63,410 nucleotides of DNA, taken from Lama guanicoe (lineage: Eukaryota). Numbering within the stretch: the first letter of the stretch is position 1; each line of letters starts with the position of its first letter. Location of the stretch: the NCBI GenBank assembly GCA_013239625.1, contig MU053934.1:582074-645483 (forward strand), written 5' to 3'. Under the pieces are notes generated by a model. That model saw only the letters and a program-made list of their open reading frames with translations. It was not told the origin of the DNA and made no database searches. The translations under genes and the position numbers were made by a program. Positions 24,084 to 36,500 of the stretch are shown one piece after another.

Positions 24084-25739
24084 ATCCACCACCCAGGTGT
24101 CTCATACATATAAAATAATCTTCAGGCACTGACTGAATGAATGAATGAATGAGTGAATGAATGAATACTGAGAAAATTTCAGAGTCCTGTCAAGATACAC
24201 GACAATTTAGCAGCAGCCCTTGTGAATCCTAAATCTGGTACATCAGTAACACTCTTCATTAAATATTAGTTTGCGACAGGTCCCTAGACTCCACTGTATG
24301 TTAGCTGGATAGGTGGAATTTGAAGAATTTGTGTATACACATTGTTATGTTTTCATGGATCTCTGATTATGAAATAAATCTATGTATCCATTTACACTTG
24401 GGAACCCACATGCACACACAAACACATCACACCCTCTCAGTAAAAGAAAAAAAAGCGAGACTGTTTTACATAAGTGGGGTGGGCGAGGGAGGGGATGAAG
24501 AGGGAGAAGGTAAAGAGGTGACTTTGAATGAAACCTACAGTGGTTAATTTTCATTTAACTACCTAGCTGAGACTAGAGGTTCAGCAGAAGCACATTAAAG
24601 TCCATGAACTTATAAAATGATGCATTATTGAAGCCACAGCAGGAGAAAGGGCTCCGTTTAGAAGACATAAAAGACCGAAGTCTGCTGAAATGTCGTTTTC
24701 CATTACAAGGTAACTGCTTAAAAAAAAAATACATTTTAATTGAGAAAGAAGACACAGGCACCAAGAGGGCAGGCCAAAGAAAATTAACCCTTGGCTCTCC
24801 AGTCCTCCTGCCCCAGGAAAGCTTGCAGTTCTTTCCAGGGCTCAATCAAAGGAATAAATCTTAGATGAGTCTATTTCTCCCTCTGGGTCCTGCTGACACC
24901 AGCTACAAGCCACCATTTGCTCATTCTCTCAACAAATATTTATTGAGAGGCTTCAATGTGCAAGACATAAAGGGACAAGAAACCTCTGCGGTCATCGGCT
25001 GACCATCAAGAATATTACACAGCATATGAGCAGATGGTGATGACACAGGAAGAAACAGAGCAAGGAGGTGGAGGGTGGGTGGAGTTAACAGAGATACGTA
25101 TTTAAATGGGGGGAAACCACCAAGTTTTTCATCTCCCATGGTGACCTTAGGTTCTCTGGGCTTTAACTTTGAGAAGCTTTTTAAATCAGTCAATCATCAG
25201 ATGAAGCTGTACAAAGCACCCAGGACAGGTAAACTACCACGTCCTCCACTCTAGCCGACTCATATATGGGGTCCCTGTCCACGAAGTGTTTGCCATCAAG
25301 AGGTACCCGAGTGACCTGGGAAAACCGCAAACCCCAGATTTAATCACAAACTCTAAGCAGAGGGAAAAGAGAGGCCGTGCAGACACGAACAGCTGACTTA
25401 CTAAGGCCTCTTGGGTGCATGTCCTAGCCCCTCCATCCCTTTCACTGTGTGTTGAGTGAGAAGTGAGTTCATCGCACTGGAGATGCAGGGATCTATCAAA
25501 TCCATAGTAAACCATCCGCTTGCCTCGCTGGGTCCCCATATTGGGTCCTAGAAGCCATTCCCATGGGCCTGGATCCAAGAGTCTAAGGCTGTAAGCACAT
25601 AAGGCCTGCCTCTATATGGGGAAGGGGAAATGTGGGTGTGTGGAGACCATGACCCCCTCCTTAGCCTCTGTCTTTCCACCTTCTGCCCAACTGCCATCCC
25701 ACGAAGGTCTTCCTTCCAGGACTGTGTATCTCGGATAAT

Positions 25740-25892
25740 TATGCTAATCTCCTGGGGAATTTTTTACTCTAGTGCCCAAGCCACATCCTAACTCAGTCGA
25801 ATCAGTTCTTCTGGGGGTGGGGCCCAGCATGAGTAGATTTTACAGCTTCCCAGATGCCCCTAACACACAGCCAAGGCTGAGGACCAGTCACT
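25740..25892. mobile_element. MER5A-like hAT-Charlie MITE
   Basis: aatctcctggggaa..gaatcagttcttctgggggtggggcccagca..cttcccagatg..cagccaaggctgaggacca. Confidence 0.65.
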
Positions 25893-26189
25893 CTCCCTCT
25901 TACCAGGGCAGCTAACCCCAGTTGGAACCTCCGTTCCTGACCACGTGGTCTCCCTCCCTGTTTTAATTTAAGGTTTCAGCTCTGCCCCCAACAGCAAGTT
26001 GTCCCCCTGTGGTCCATCGGGAAAGAGCCATCAGAAACCTCCAGGTGGCCTGTGTGCAGCAACTCTATTTTCCAGGCAAAACGGGGACAGGGGATCTAGC
26101 AGAAACACTCCTGGACTCTTCCAAAGCAGCAAGCCCAGGTAAGTTAGAGCGCGGTTTTGTAGCTCCAATCCTGGTTTGGACACCCACAA

Positions 26190-26345
26190 GCTCCATGTGA
26201 CCTTGGACAAGTGAACCCCACTGCATCTCAGTGTGCTGCTCTGGAAATCGGGCACCGTGATCCGACCTCGTTGGGGTTGACAGGAAGACACAGTGAGAAT
26301 CGTTAATCAAGCGTGTGACATACAGCAGGTCCCTCGAAGTGGCAA
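26190..26345 (+). mobile_element. MIR SINE
   Basis: ccatgtgaccttggacaagt..catctcagt..ctggaaatcggg..gacatacagcaggtccctcgaa. Confidence 0.55.
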
Positions 26346-26870
26346 GGCTCTTACTAATTTATTGAAAGGGAGAAAAGTTTATATACCAAAATAAAATACC
26401 GGGGACAGCTTCACAGTTTATGAGGATAACAAAGGAGGCAGATAATATTTGAAATCAGATCCACTCCAGAAAATCGGATTACCCACATTTTGTGTAGTGA
26501 GCACTGTCACCGAGAGGCAAGATAAGGGTGTAGGCCAGTGCTTGAGCAAGTCAGGGAGGGAGAGGAAAGCTCACCTGCACAGAGGTGAACTGGTACCCAG
26601 AGTCTCAAGACTCAAGTCACTGCGCTAAAAACTACTGCTCTTCCCACCAGTAGGGGATGGGACACACCTCTCAAAATGCACCCAGAAAGCACAAGAGAAC
26701 AGGAAGGAACCAGAGGATGAAGTGGCTCTAACAACAAATGTGTCTGAACATCAACATGAAAACTAGGCTATGCATGCACTCCCAGTGGACAAGAAGAGGT
26801 GACGGGGGCCCGAGGCGTCCAGGGTGGAAAATGAGGATGCAGTAAGTTCAGAGAAGGCTCCTCTGAGGCG

Positions 26871-27363
26871 CCTATTAGTTACCTGCTGCTGCGTAACAAA
26901 GTACCACAAAGCTGGTGGCCTGAAACAGCACACCCTCTCCCAGTTTCTGGGGCTCAGCAGTCTGGCCGTAGCTTGGCTGGTCTTCAGCACACACATCTCA
27001 AGGCTACAATCCAGGTGTCCCCAGGTGGAGGCTTGAGGGGAGAGTCCACCTGCAAACTTGGGGGCTGGCACAATTCATTTTCTTGTATCTGCAGGACTGA
27101 GGGCCTTACCTTCTAGCTGGCTGCCGGCAGGGGGTCACCCTCAGCTCCTCAAAGCCACCCACAGTTCCTTGCCAACGGCCTCAAGCCAGTGAGGAGAGCC
27201 CCTACAGCAAGTCAGCCAACAAATGCAATCACAGGCGTGATACCCCATCACCTGCGCCGTGGTCTATTGGCCAGGCAAGTCATGAGCCCTATCCACTCAC
27301 ACCCACGTGGGTGGGACTGCACAAGGCCATAAATATCAGGACCTGGGGATCCCCGAGGACCAC
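26871..27363 (-). mobile_element. MLT1 (D/E-like) MaLR LTR
   Basis: tattagttacctgctgctgcgtaacaaagtaccacaaagctggtggcctgaaacagcac..ggcacaattcattttcttg..aggactgagg..caatcacaggcgtgataccccatcacc. Confidence 0.8.
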
Positions 27364-29090
27364 TTTTTTTTTTCATGGTGGTAAGGGATAGCTAACAAAA
27401 TTTACTATTTTTAAGTGAGTAGTTAGTTCAGTGGCATTATGTACATTCACACCATTGTGTAACCACCACCACTGTCCATCTCCAGAACCCTTTCATCTTC
27501 CCAAACTGAAACTCTGCACCCATGAAACACTGAGTCCCCAAGCCCTGGTAACCTCTATTCTACTTTCTCTCTCTGTGAACCTGACTACTCTAGACACCTC
27601 ATATGACTGGAATCATAAGTGCCTGTCCTTTGTGACTGGCTTATTTCACTTGGCATGATGTCTTCAAGGTTCATTCATGTTGGCTCATGTATCAGAAAAC
27701 TCTTCTCATGGGACCTAATTAAACTTACAAGCTTTTGCACAGCAAAGGAAACCATAAACAAAACAAAAAGACAACCTATGGAATGGGAGAAAATATTTGC
27801 AAAAGATGAGACTGACAAGGGCTTAATTTCCAGAATATATAAACAGCTCATACAATTCAATAAGAAGAAAACAAACAACCCAATCTAAAAACAGGCAGAA
27901 GATCTAAACAAGCAATTCTCCAATGAAGACATACAAATGGCCAATAGGCACACAAAAAAATGCTCAATATTGATAATTATCAGAGAAATGCAAATCAAAA
28001 CTACAATGAGGTATCACCTCAGACCAGTCAGAATGGCCATCATTCGAAAGTCCACAAACGATAAATGTTAGAGAGGGTGTGGAACAAAGGGAACTGTCCT
28101 ACACTGCTGGTGGGAATGCAGTTTGGTGCAGCCACTGTGGAAAACAGTATGGAGATTCCTCAAAAGACTAAAAATAGACTTACCATATGACCCAGCAATC
28201 CCACTCTTGGGCATATATCCAGAGGGAACCTTAATTCAAAAAGATACATGCACCTCAATGTTCATAGCAGCACTATTTACAATAGCCAAGACATGGAAAC
28301 AACCTAAATGTCCAGCAACAGATGACTGGATAAAGAAGCTGTGGTATATTTATATAGTGGAATACTACTCAGCCATTAAAAATGATAAAATGCCATTTGC
28401 AGTAACATGGATGGACCTGGAGATTGTCATTCTAAGTGAAGTAAGCCAGAAATAGAAAGAAAAATACCATATGCTATCACTTACATGTAGAACCTAAAAA
28501 AAAGACATACAAACTTTTTTACAAAACAGAAATAGACTTACAGACATAGAAAACAAACTTACGGTTACCAGCGTGGGAAGGGAGTGGGAAGGGATAAATT
28601 GGGAGTTCAAGATTTCCAGACACTAACTAATATATATATAAAATAGACAGACAACAAGTTCATACTGTACAGCACAGGGAACTATATTCAATACCTTGTA
28701 GTAACTTACAGTGGAAAACAATATGAAAACGAATATATGTACATTCATGTATGACTGAAGCATTATGCTGTACACCAGAAACTGACACAACATTGTAAAC
28801 TGACTATACTTCAATAAATACATATGTATGTATATAAAAACAAACAAAGAAAACAAAAACAAAAATAAAAACAAAAAAGAAAACACTTCTTTTTAAGGCT
28901 AAGTAACATTCCACTGGATGGGTATAACCACACTGTGTTTTTCCATTCATCCATTCATAAACATCTTCCACCTTCTGCCTCATGTCAATAGCACTGCTAT
29001 CAACCTGGGTGTACAAGTACCCATTCAAGTCCCTACTTCCAGTTCCCTGGGGTATATACTTAGAAGTGGAATTACTGGATCACCTGGTAC
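27364..29090 (-). mobile_element. Older L1 (L1MB-like) 3' end, interrupted by a younger L1 at 27707-28877
   Basis: T tail, then gtggcattatgtacattcacaccattgtgtaaccaccacc..ccagaaccctttcatcttcccaaactgaaactct; resumes at 28878 with ttttaaggctaagtaacattcca..agaagtggaattactggatca. Confidence 0.8.
27707..28877 (+). mobile_element. 5'-truncated young L1 (ORF2 C-terminus with in-frame stops, 3'UTR, A-rich tail)
   Basis: [31 protein letters not shown] and [46 protein letters not shown]; 13-bp TSD AGAAAAC(T/A)CTTCT at 27694-27706 and 28878-28890. Confidence 0.95.
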
Positions 29091-31814
29091 CATGGACACT
29101 GTTGAGGCCCACGTGTGCCTACATTGGGGAAAAGTGGCTTCGGAGTCTGTTAAGTCTTGACAGGAGCAGAGGGAGAGGAAAGGGTGCCCAACTACCCAAG
29201 AGCGGTGTCACGCTGTCGGCACCACCTGTCCCTCAACGGTGCCGCTGCCTTGCTAGAATGTGCAAACTCAGCAGCGTTTGCAGCACCCCACCCACGGGCC
29301 CCAGGGACACCGTCCACCCCCAAAACCCAGCCTTAGTTTGCACCCGACTGCTGCTATCACTGCACATTTGAAAGGAGTCTTTTTCTGTTCTGCTGTTTGA
29401 ATTATCTATAATTAGATACTTACTTGCTCTCTCTCGGTATTCAGATAAGCTCACAGCAAAAGCGAGAGTCTCTCCCAGCCTCGCCATGGGGGCCAAGTGT
29501 GGATGTAACACACCAGAGCATCTTGCTCAGACCAGACCTGACAGCGGTCCTCCAGGAGAGGTCCTCATGGGAAGAAACGCATCAGAAAAGACTTGGAGCT
29601 TCTTTTCCAGCCATCTCCCCCTAACTTTTGCTTCATGGAGTCCTCTGCCCCAAACTTGGGAGGTTAGGGGCAGTTCTGTAGGAAGGAGTCGGTCGGTTCT
29701 TTGAGATGCTCCCTGGAGCCTTCCAGCTCCTGTCCCCCAAAACCCGGGAAGAAGCTGAAACAAAACCTCAGGGTGGCTCACTCACAACTTTGAGACACAC
29801 CTATCTTTGCAAAACAGCTGGCCACCACGATCAGAACGTGTTACAGCTTTCCAGTCAAGGCCATTCAGTCTGAAAACCTCCCACATCTACACCTGCCTTC
29901 TTATTTTGGCTTACCCAAAAAACTGCAAACGGGACACTCTCTGGAGTGGTTCGTGAGAACAAAGTCCTGGGGAATCTATGGTCACAGGCAGAATACGGGG
30001 TTCCGAGGCAGCCTGGCTCTGTGGCAGGAGCTGGGACGGGAGGTGCGATGGGAACACACGAGGGTGGGAAAGAAGCCCTTGCCTCCATCCACTCCATCTC
30101 AGCCAGCAAAGGTGAAATCAGAGGGAGAGTGCCAACGAGGCCGGCCGGGGCTCCAGACAGCCAAAACATGGCGCTTTATTATGGAGTCTAAGTGACTGCA
30201 AACAGGCCATTATCGAATCTCTTCGGTGACAAAGCTCCGTGTTGAAGGGGACAAATAAAAATAAGTACATTAAGCACAATAAATCGCAGGGGCCTGTCGC
30301 CGAGACCCATTATCCCTGGGGGATTATGGGACTGTTCTCCTCCCTGCCTTTCAGCTATTGGATCCTGGTTTTCCCATCACTGTTTTAATATTGCAGCCAT
30401 TACTCTCCGTGCCACGAAGAGCCTGCTGTTTCTCGGCAGTTCGGGGTGGCAAGGGCATAATTTGTTTTATGATTTGCTTGGGAGGGTAGCTGTTTTATAT
30501 TCATCTTTAAAAGATACATTTGATAATCGCAGCAATGAGACCCCACTTAAAACACAAGACCCACCCCTGGTGTTCCTTCTGGCATCAGTGTGGCCACGGC
30601 TGGAATAACCAAAAAGATACCCAGCCATTACGGGGAGAGCCATACTGTTTCTTTGGGGGAGCCACATGCCCGATATGGGCTTTCGTCTTGCTTAAAGAGA
30701 CACTGGATCATGGGGAAGGCAGCCTGGACTAGAAGCGGATGGTTAAGAGGCTGGAAGTCAGGGGGCCTGGGTTTGACCATTAAGTTGGTGTGATCTTGGG
30801 CAGGTCCCCTGATGTCCTGGGCTGAAGTGTCCCACTTGCCAAATAAATCACTGGGTCCACATGACTCTTTGGAGCCCAAGGTTTCGGCATTTCTACAAGA
30901 TCCAGAGGGATGTGAAGAACTCGAAGCCAAATAATACTACTTCTCCTTCCGTCTCTCTCTCTCAACAAGATCGTTACAAGATTCATCTTAAGACAAAACA
31001 AACCCATTACACAACTGTCGGAGGCATCTTCCCCCAGTGCCCTCTTCTCCTTTCTGTGTCGAAACCTTCTCTCTTGCCCCCCGATCCCTCAAGCTGTTCT
31101 TCAAGACAGCGTATTCTAAACACTGTAGACAAGTCCTCTCCCAGTGTTACCCATCAGGACGTGGATGGAAGGACGGATACCCGAGGACAGAACGTGCTGG
31201 GCCAGACACCCACAGCGGGGACCGTTTCCACTCTTCCCCCATCAGAAGCGAGCAAGGCGGCAAATACCCTTGGCTCGTCTGTAAGATGGCGTCAACTTCT
31301 GCTTGTAGCGTGGAGACACTGATGGTCCTTTCAGCCATTCCCATTTCAATTAGCACATCAAAATCTTGTCAGGAAAAGAATACTCCTTGTGAGGTAATGC
31401 TTCCGAGCACCACATCACAAAACTGATCCCAGAACTTCATCGCCCACCCGAGACACACCGACGTAAAACCCGCCCGACAGTGCCCAGCTCTCAACATACT
31501 CTGTAAAGGACTCAAATTCAGAAAAGGGGTGGAAAAGGTTACAAGCTCTCCCATGTCAGAAACAGAGCTGAGTTTTATGGATCATCAAAGCCCACTGAGC
31601 AGCCTCTTGGGAGTGGAAGAAAGAGGACTCCTCCTAACCCAGTGATGCCGCTGGCTTTGCAGAATTTGGTGCAACAACCCAACAAGCACCAAGTGGCATT
31701 GGGTACAGGGTAGCTTTTGGCCTGGAATACAGGTGGTAAGTGGCAGCGGAGGCAGACTGCCTGCAAACAGGATGGAGAGCTGAGAGACAACCGAACCAGG
31801 GGAACCGAGCCACC

Positions 31815-31940
31815 CAGAGTGACAGCTCCATGCGGGCGGGGCCTCGTTCTCCTCCCCACCCCAGTGCCCAGCTCAGTGCCTGGCACTCAGCAGATGACTG
31901 AAGACTGCGAGTTCACTGAGTGAACAAATCAAGGAATGAA
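31815..31940 (+). mobile_element. L2 3' end
   Basis: agctccatgcgggcgggg..ccccagtgcccagctcagtgcctggcactcagcag..gagtgaacaaatcaaggaatgaa. Confidence 0.7.
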
Positions 31941-32802
31941 ACAGAACCAAGCAGCATCCGTGACTGGCAGCCCCTAAAAACTCTGGTCCCGCTGATGGGA
32001 AGGGAGCCAAGACCTAGTCAACAAAGTGAGAGCTCTGCAGAGCTTTGAGCACCTCGGACAAAACATCCACAGGCACACATATTCAGGCAGCAGCACATCC
32101 TATGCTGTATGTAAAAGGAAGTTAAAGACTCCGATTTCCTCAAATGTCAGTGTGAGAGTTTTGAGGGCTGTTTGTGGCTGGTTTATTTTGTAGCTTTTTT
32201 CCTTGCCACTGCAAGTTATTAGAGGAAAGCCAAAGAGAAAAATACTCTGAAAAACTCCTTAGCCTCTGCCCCAATGAACCTCTTTGGAATATCAAAATAT
32301 AATTCTTGAACAGAAACGAACATAACTACTACATGTTCCCATGCTCTCTATGAAAGATTCAAGAGTTGGGACAGATACTCAGGATTTACATCCAAATCAA
32401 ACATCAGGGCAGCAGCGAGCAGCCAGGGAGTCAGGATACAGCCATCTCAGACTCCTAAGAGGGCACAGCTCTGGGTAGCACTTCCCTTGCAAATCTTGCC
32501 AACTTGCAAGTTGCTCCAAGTTTCCACCAAGCACACAGTTCAGGTCAAACATCCACACCATCCCAACTGACTTCCAACTGAAAAACTGCACAGAACATGT
32601 CATGTATTGGATCCAAATGCTCACTGGATACCATATCGTGGGAATAAGAGACATCTAATGTCCCTCAGGGCAGCCTGCCATCAGCCAGGGGATGTATTTT
32701 CTAGAGCGCTTTCTCAGGTGATTGTGTTTGAACTTAGGTTGACGGTGGGAATGGGCGATGGACCTTGTCTCCCAGAGGAGGAAAAATAAACCTTGAAGAA
32801 TT

Positions 32803-33259
32803 AATTATGAGTTAAATTGTGATCCCCAAAAGATATATGGAAGTTCTAACCTCCAGGACCTCAGAAGGTGACCTTATTTGGTAATGGGGTCTTTACAGAG
32901 GATTCAGGTTACAATGAGGTCACTGGGGTGGGCCCTAACCCAGTATGACCAGTGTCCTTATAAAAAGGGTGTTATCTGTACATACAGAGGGAAGATGACG
33001 TGAAGACACACAGGGAGCAGGCCTCCATGGGACTGGAAGGACCACTGGAGGAACACCAAGGGCTACCAGCCAACACTTGAAGTTAGAAGAGGCATAGAAG
33101 GATTCTCCCAGAGCCAACGGAGACCATGGCCCTGGAGACACCTGGAGACAGCTTGACCTCGGACCTCTAGCCTCCAGGGCCATGAAACAATACCCTTCTG
33201 TTGTTTTAAGCCTCCCAGTTTGTGGTACTTTGTTACCGTAGCCACAATTAACTAATACA
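32803..33259 (+). mobile_element. MLT1 (B/C-like) MaLR solo LTR
   Basis: aattgtgatccccaaaagatatatggaagttctaacc..gtgaccttatttggtaatggggtctttacaga..ttttaagcctcccagtttgtggtactttgtta..actaataca. Confidence 0.85.
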
Positions 33260-34134
33260 GAGAAGGCAAGCACCTTATCCTAGCTGAGGTAGTAAATCAC
33301 ATGCAATTAACATTTTGCTCAATCAAAACCTCTGGCTCCAGGGTCCTGTTCTCTCCCAGACTGTGACCTGTTTTCAAACAATCTCCAAATCAGTTACCAC
33401 AATCCATACTAGCATACGAAGGGGTAATACCATGTGGATGGGTTTTTCTAAAACCTTCTCCTCCTCCCAGGTAACACACGTGCCCTTCAACCCCATCCTG
33501 GAGTGGACAGCTTTCCAAAGCATCATGTTTTAGAGTCTCTGGCTTTTAGGTAAGCAAAATTCAAGTGGGGGATTTTTTTTTTTGATTTTTGACATGAAAA
33601 GACTACAATTTAACAGGCTGCTACCTTCTCCCCACATCTTTTCAGCTGTGATGTTCCATTACAAACATCGACAGACCAGACATGGAACACACAAGCCATG
33701 TTAAAACAATAATTAATGCAGGGAAGAGAACAGTGACAACTGCTCAGCAAAGGAGACAGGTTTGTCATCTGAGGCACTGAAATAGGATGCTCCCTGGCTG
33801 TGGATGCAAAGCGATTTCTGATGCGACATCGGGTCAAAGTGACTCGTTAAACCCCTCGCCTGCAAACTTCGTTCCCTAAGACACAAAAGTGAAGAAGACG
33901 AGATATTTTTGACAAACTCACCCCTAACTCTCACCTCGACACTATCTTCTCTCTACCACTATTAAAGGGGGAAGTATATTCATGCAACAAACCACGCCGA
34001 ACTTACCATCCCCAAAACGGTTAGTTTGCATTTGCACAGGAGAACGGGTTACTAATTTGTGTTTTAAACAAGGCATGTGCATTAATATTAATTTTCAAAA
34101 TATAATCCATTCGCAGAGTTAAAGCAACAGATGG

Positions 34135-34523
34135 TGTCATGGGCTGAACTGCTCCCCTCCCCCGCCTTCCCACCCAAATTCACACGTTGAAGGCTCAACC
34201 CGCAAGGACCTCAGAATGCGACTTTATTTAGAGAAAAGGTCCTTAAAGAATTATGGTTAAGTGAGGTCATGAAGGTGGGCCCTTATCAATATGAGTGAAG
34301 TCTTTATAAGAAGAGATTGGAACAGACACACAGAGGGAAGACCAAGTGAAGACAGAGAAAGAAGGCAGCTGTCTGCAAGCCAAAGAGAGAGGCGTCAGGA
34401 AGGACGCGGTCGGCATCTTGATCTGGGACGTCTAGCCTCTGGAATCGTGAGAAAACACATTTCTTTTGCTTAAGCCACCCAGTCTCTGGTGCTTTCCTAT
34501 GGCAGCCCTAGCATACTAACGCA
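34135..34523 (+). mobile_element. MLT1 (A/B-like) MaLR solo LTR, full length
   Basis: TG...CA termini with exact 5-bp TSD GATGG at 34130-34134 and 34524-34528; aaattcacacgttgaagg, cacacagagggaagacc, ttaagccacccagtct. Confidence 0.9.
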
Positions 34524-34834
34524 GATGGAGCTCCATAATTTTTAATTTCTTTTTTTTTTAATTGCATAACTAACGGCTTTTAAAAAAAAAGAAATCACAA
34601 AATACATTAAGTCAAGGATTTTTGGCATTTCCGTAAAAGACTTGAAATTATCAAAGCAGGGAACAGACGGCATCACTAACGTCACTGTGTCAATGGGCAG
34701 ATGGGTACCGCAACAGTGAAAGTGTTGGCTGGTGGTGTGTGGAAGGGACGCACACTCAGGAGAGTGAAGGGTTTTAGAGAAGGTGCCGGTAGTCTGTTTG
34801 ACCTTCGAGACCTTCAGGTTAATCTTCCTACTGA

Positions 34835-35305
34835 ACATAGTGGGGTTTTCTGTTTGTCCAGCTTCTCTTGGGGAACCACCCCTTTTCCCCTCTCCAAGCA
34901 AGGCAAAGAGGATGGACCCCATCTCCCAGGACTAGGTCCAGGGGTGTGATCGTGGTCCTTCCAAACAGATCATGACCAGGACTTTCACCAGATCCACTGG
35001 GAAAAAGGTGCTCTCCTTCAACTGTGATAGTGAGCTGGGCAGGAGGTGAGCCTGGGGCTCCTGAAGATGCTCTCTGCCATTCCAAGGGGACACTCTGCCT
35101 GAGAATGATGCCAGTACAGAAGAGAGCAGAGCCAAGAGTCAGAGCAAGGACTTCATGATGACACTTGAGGACCTGGATCCAGCACTGCCTGAAGCTTCCC
35201 TCTGTTTTCTAGTTACTGAAGCAGATAAAGTCCATTTTTTTCCCCTTTATGGTCAGGGTGACCTGGGCTTCTATCACTTATGTCTGAAACGGTCCCTGCT
35301 GAGAC
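34835..35305 (+). mobile_element. Old MLT1 (K-like) MaLR LTR
   Basis: tgcctgagaatgatgccagtacagaagagagcagagccaagag..ttgaggacctggatccagcactgcctgaagc..gggcttctatcactt. Confidence 0.65.
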
Positions 35306-35989
35306 ACTGAAGCTCTCTGCACACATGAACACTCATCTAGCTACATACTTAAAAGTTCCATCAAAATTTAAAGTATTTTATATTTTACTGAAATCCTCTA
35401 TGATTTCAAGGGTTCTTAATCAGGAGTGCAATGAACGAGCCTTAGGAGATATTGATGCCCCTGAAATTCTATGAAAAAAGAAATATTTAGGTACACATAA
35501 GGGTCTGTGGCAGAAAACAACGTAAGAATTGCCATCCCCAAACTTCAGTATCTTAGGAGGAAGTATGGTACCGTGATCTTCAAGCTTTTCTTGTATTCTG
35601 AAATTTGAAAAACTTGTATAATGACTTGCCTATTTTTAGGTTGCCATCTAAAGTTTTCATCATCAACTGAATAATTTCCAAGAATAGAATTTCCAGCATA
35701 TTGTAAACATTAACATTTTCAAATAAAACTTTCACATCGTATTTTTTAACAGAATCTAACAAGCTGATACTCATCGTGCATTTGAAAAATTCAGAGCCAA
35801 GTTTTTCGGTTTTTTTTTTAAGAGCTGAACAATTTATATCATTCCTTAGCATGAGACAGGGGCCCGAATGCCCTGTTTCTACCACCAAGTTTAAACACAT
35901 AAAAGAGAACGTGGCAAGGGGCAGCCTGGCCGAATTCCCTTGATGAGAAGGTTTCCACAAACCTATTTCCAACAGTTCCTTTGTTTAGT

Positions 35990-36262
35990 GCCCCTTACGG
36001 TTTTCATACTCAGAGCCACTCACCCGAGTGAGATCAGTATTGGACAAGAAATGTAACTTTATAAAATGGGGATGCATGATTGTGAAAATGGAGGTAGAAG
36101 GAAGAACCATGGACCCAGCAGGGGTCAATTTGAAGGAAGGGTCCATAGGTGAGGTCAAAAATCTGGAAACTGATTCCCTGAAAACTCTCTGCACCTGCAA
36201 TGCTCCACAGACATCTTCATGAATCCCTAGGGGTATGTATAGTCCAGTGTCAAGACTACCTG
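35990..36262. mobile_element. Probable hAT-Charlie DNA transposon remnant
   Basis: Ends in gaatccctaggggtatgtatagtccagtgtcaagactacctg, resembling Charlie termini; subfamily not determined. Confidence 0.35.
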
Positions 36263-36317
36263 GGCTGGTGGATCCCAGGATCATGACTAAGAGGACATAC
36301 TCTGGAAGCAGGACATA

Positions 36318-36500
36318 CTTCCTGTCTCTGGCTTCACCACGTGGGCAAATAACCTCAATGCACCTCAGTTTCCTCACCTGTAAAATGAAACTGTGCAGCT
36401 CAGAGGGTTGCAGGGAGGATCAAAAAACACCACGCATGCCAAGCACATCTCCCAAGCACGTAAGAAGCATTCAGTAAGTGAGAGGTATAATTGTTACCAC
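36318..36500 (+). mobile_element. MIR SINE
   Basis: gggcaaataacctc..cctcagtttcctcacctgtaaaatg..cagagggttgcagggaggatcaaa. Confidence 0.8.

Noticed and set aside
27619..28455. L1 ORF2-like ORFs as a functional reverse transcriptase gene
   Set aside because: Only the C-terminal portion is present, it is 5'-truncated, and it carries in-frame stops.
35580..35972. 130-aa minus-strand ORF with protein-like composition
   Set aside because: AT-rich and probably overlaps a decayed DNA-transposon remnant; no recognisable family or splice context.
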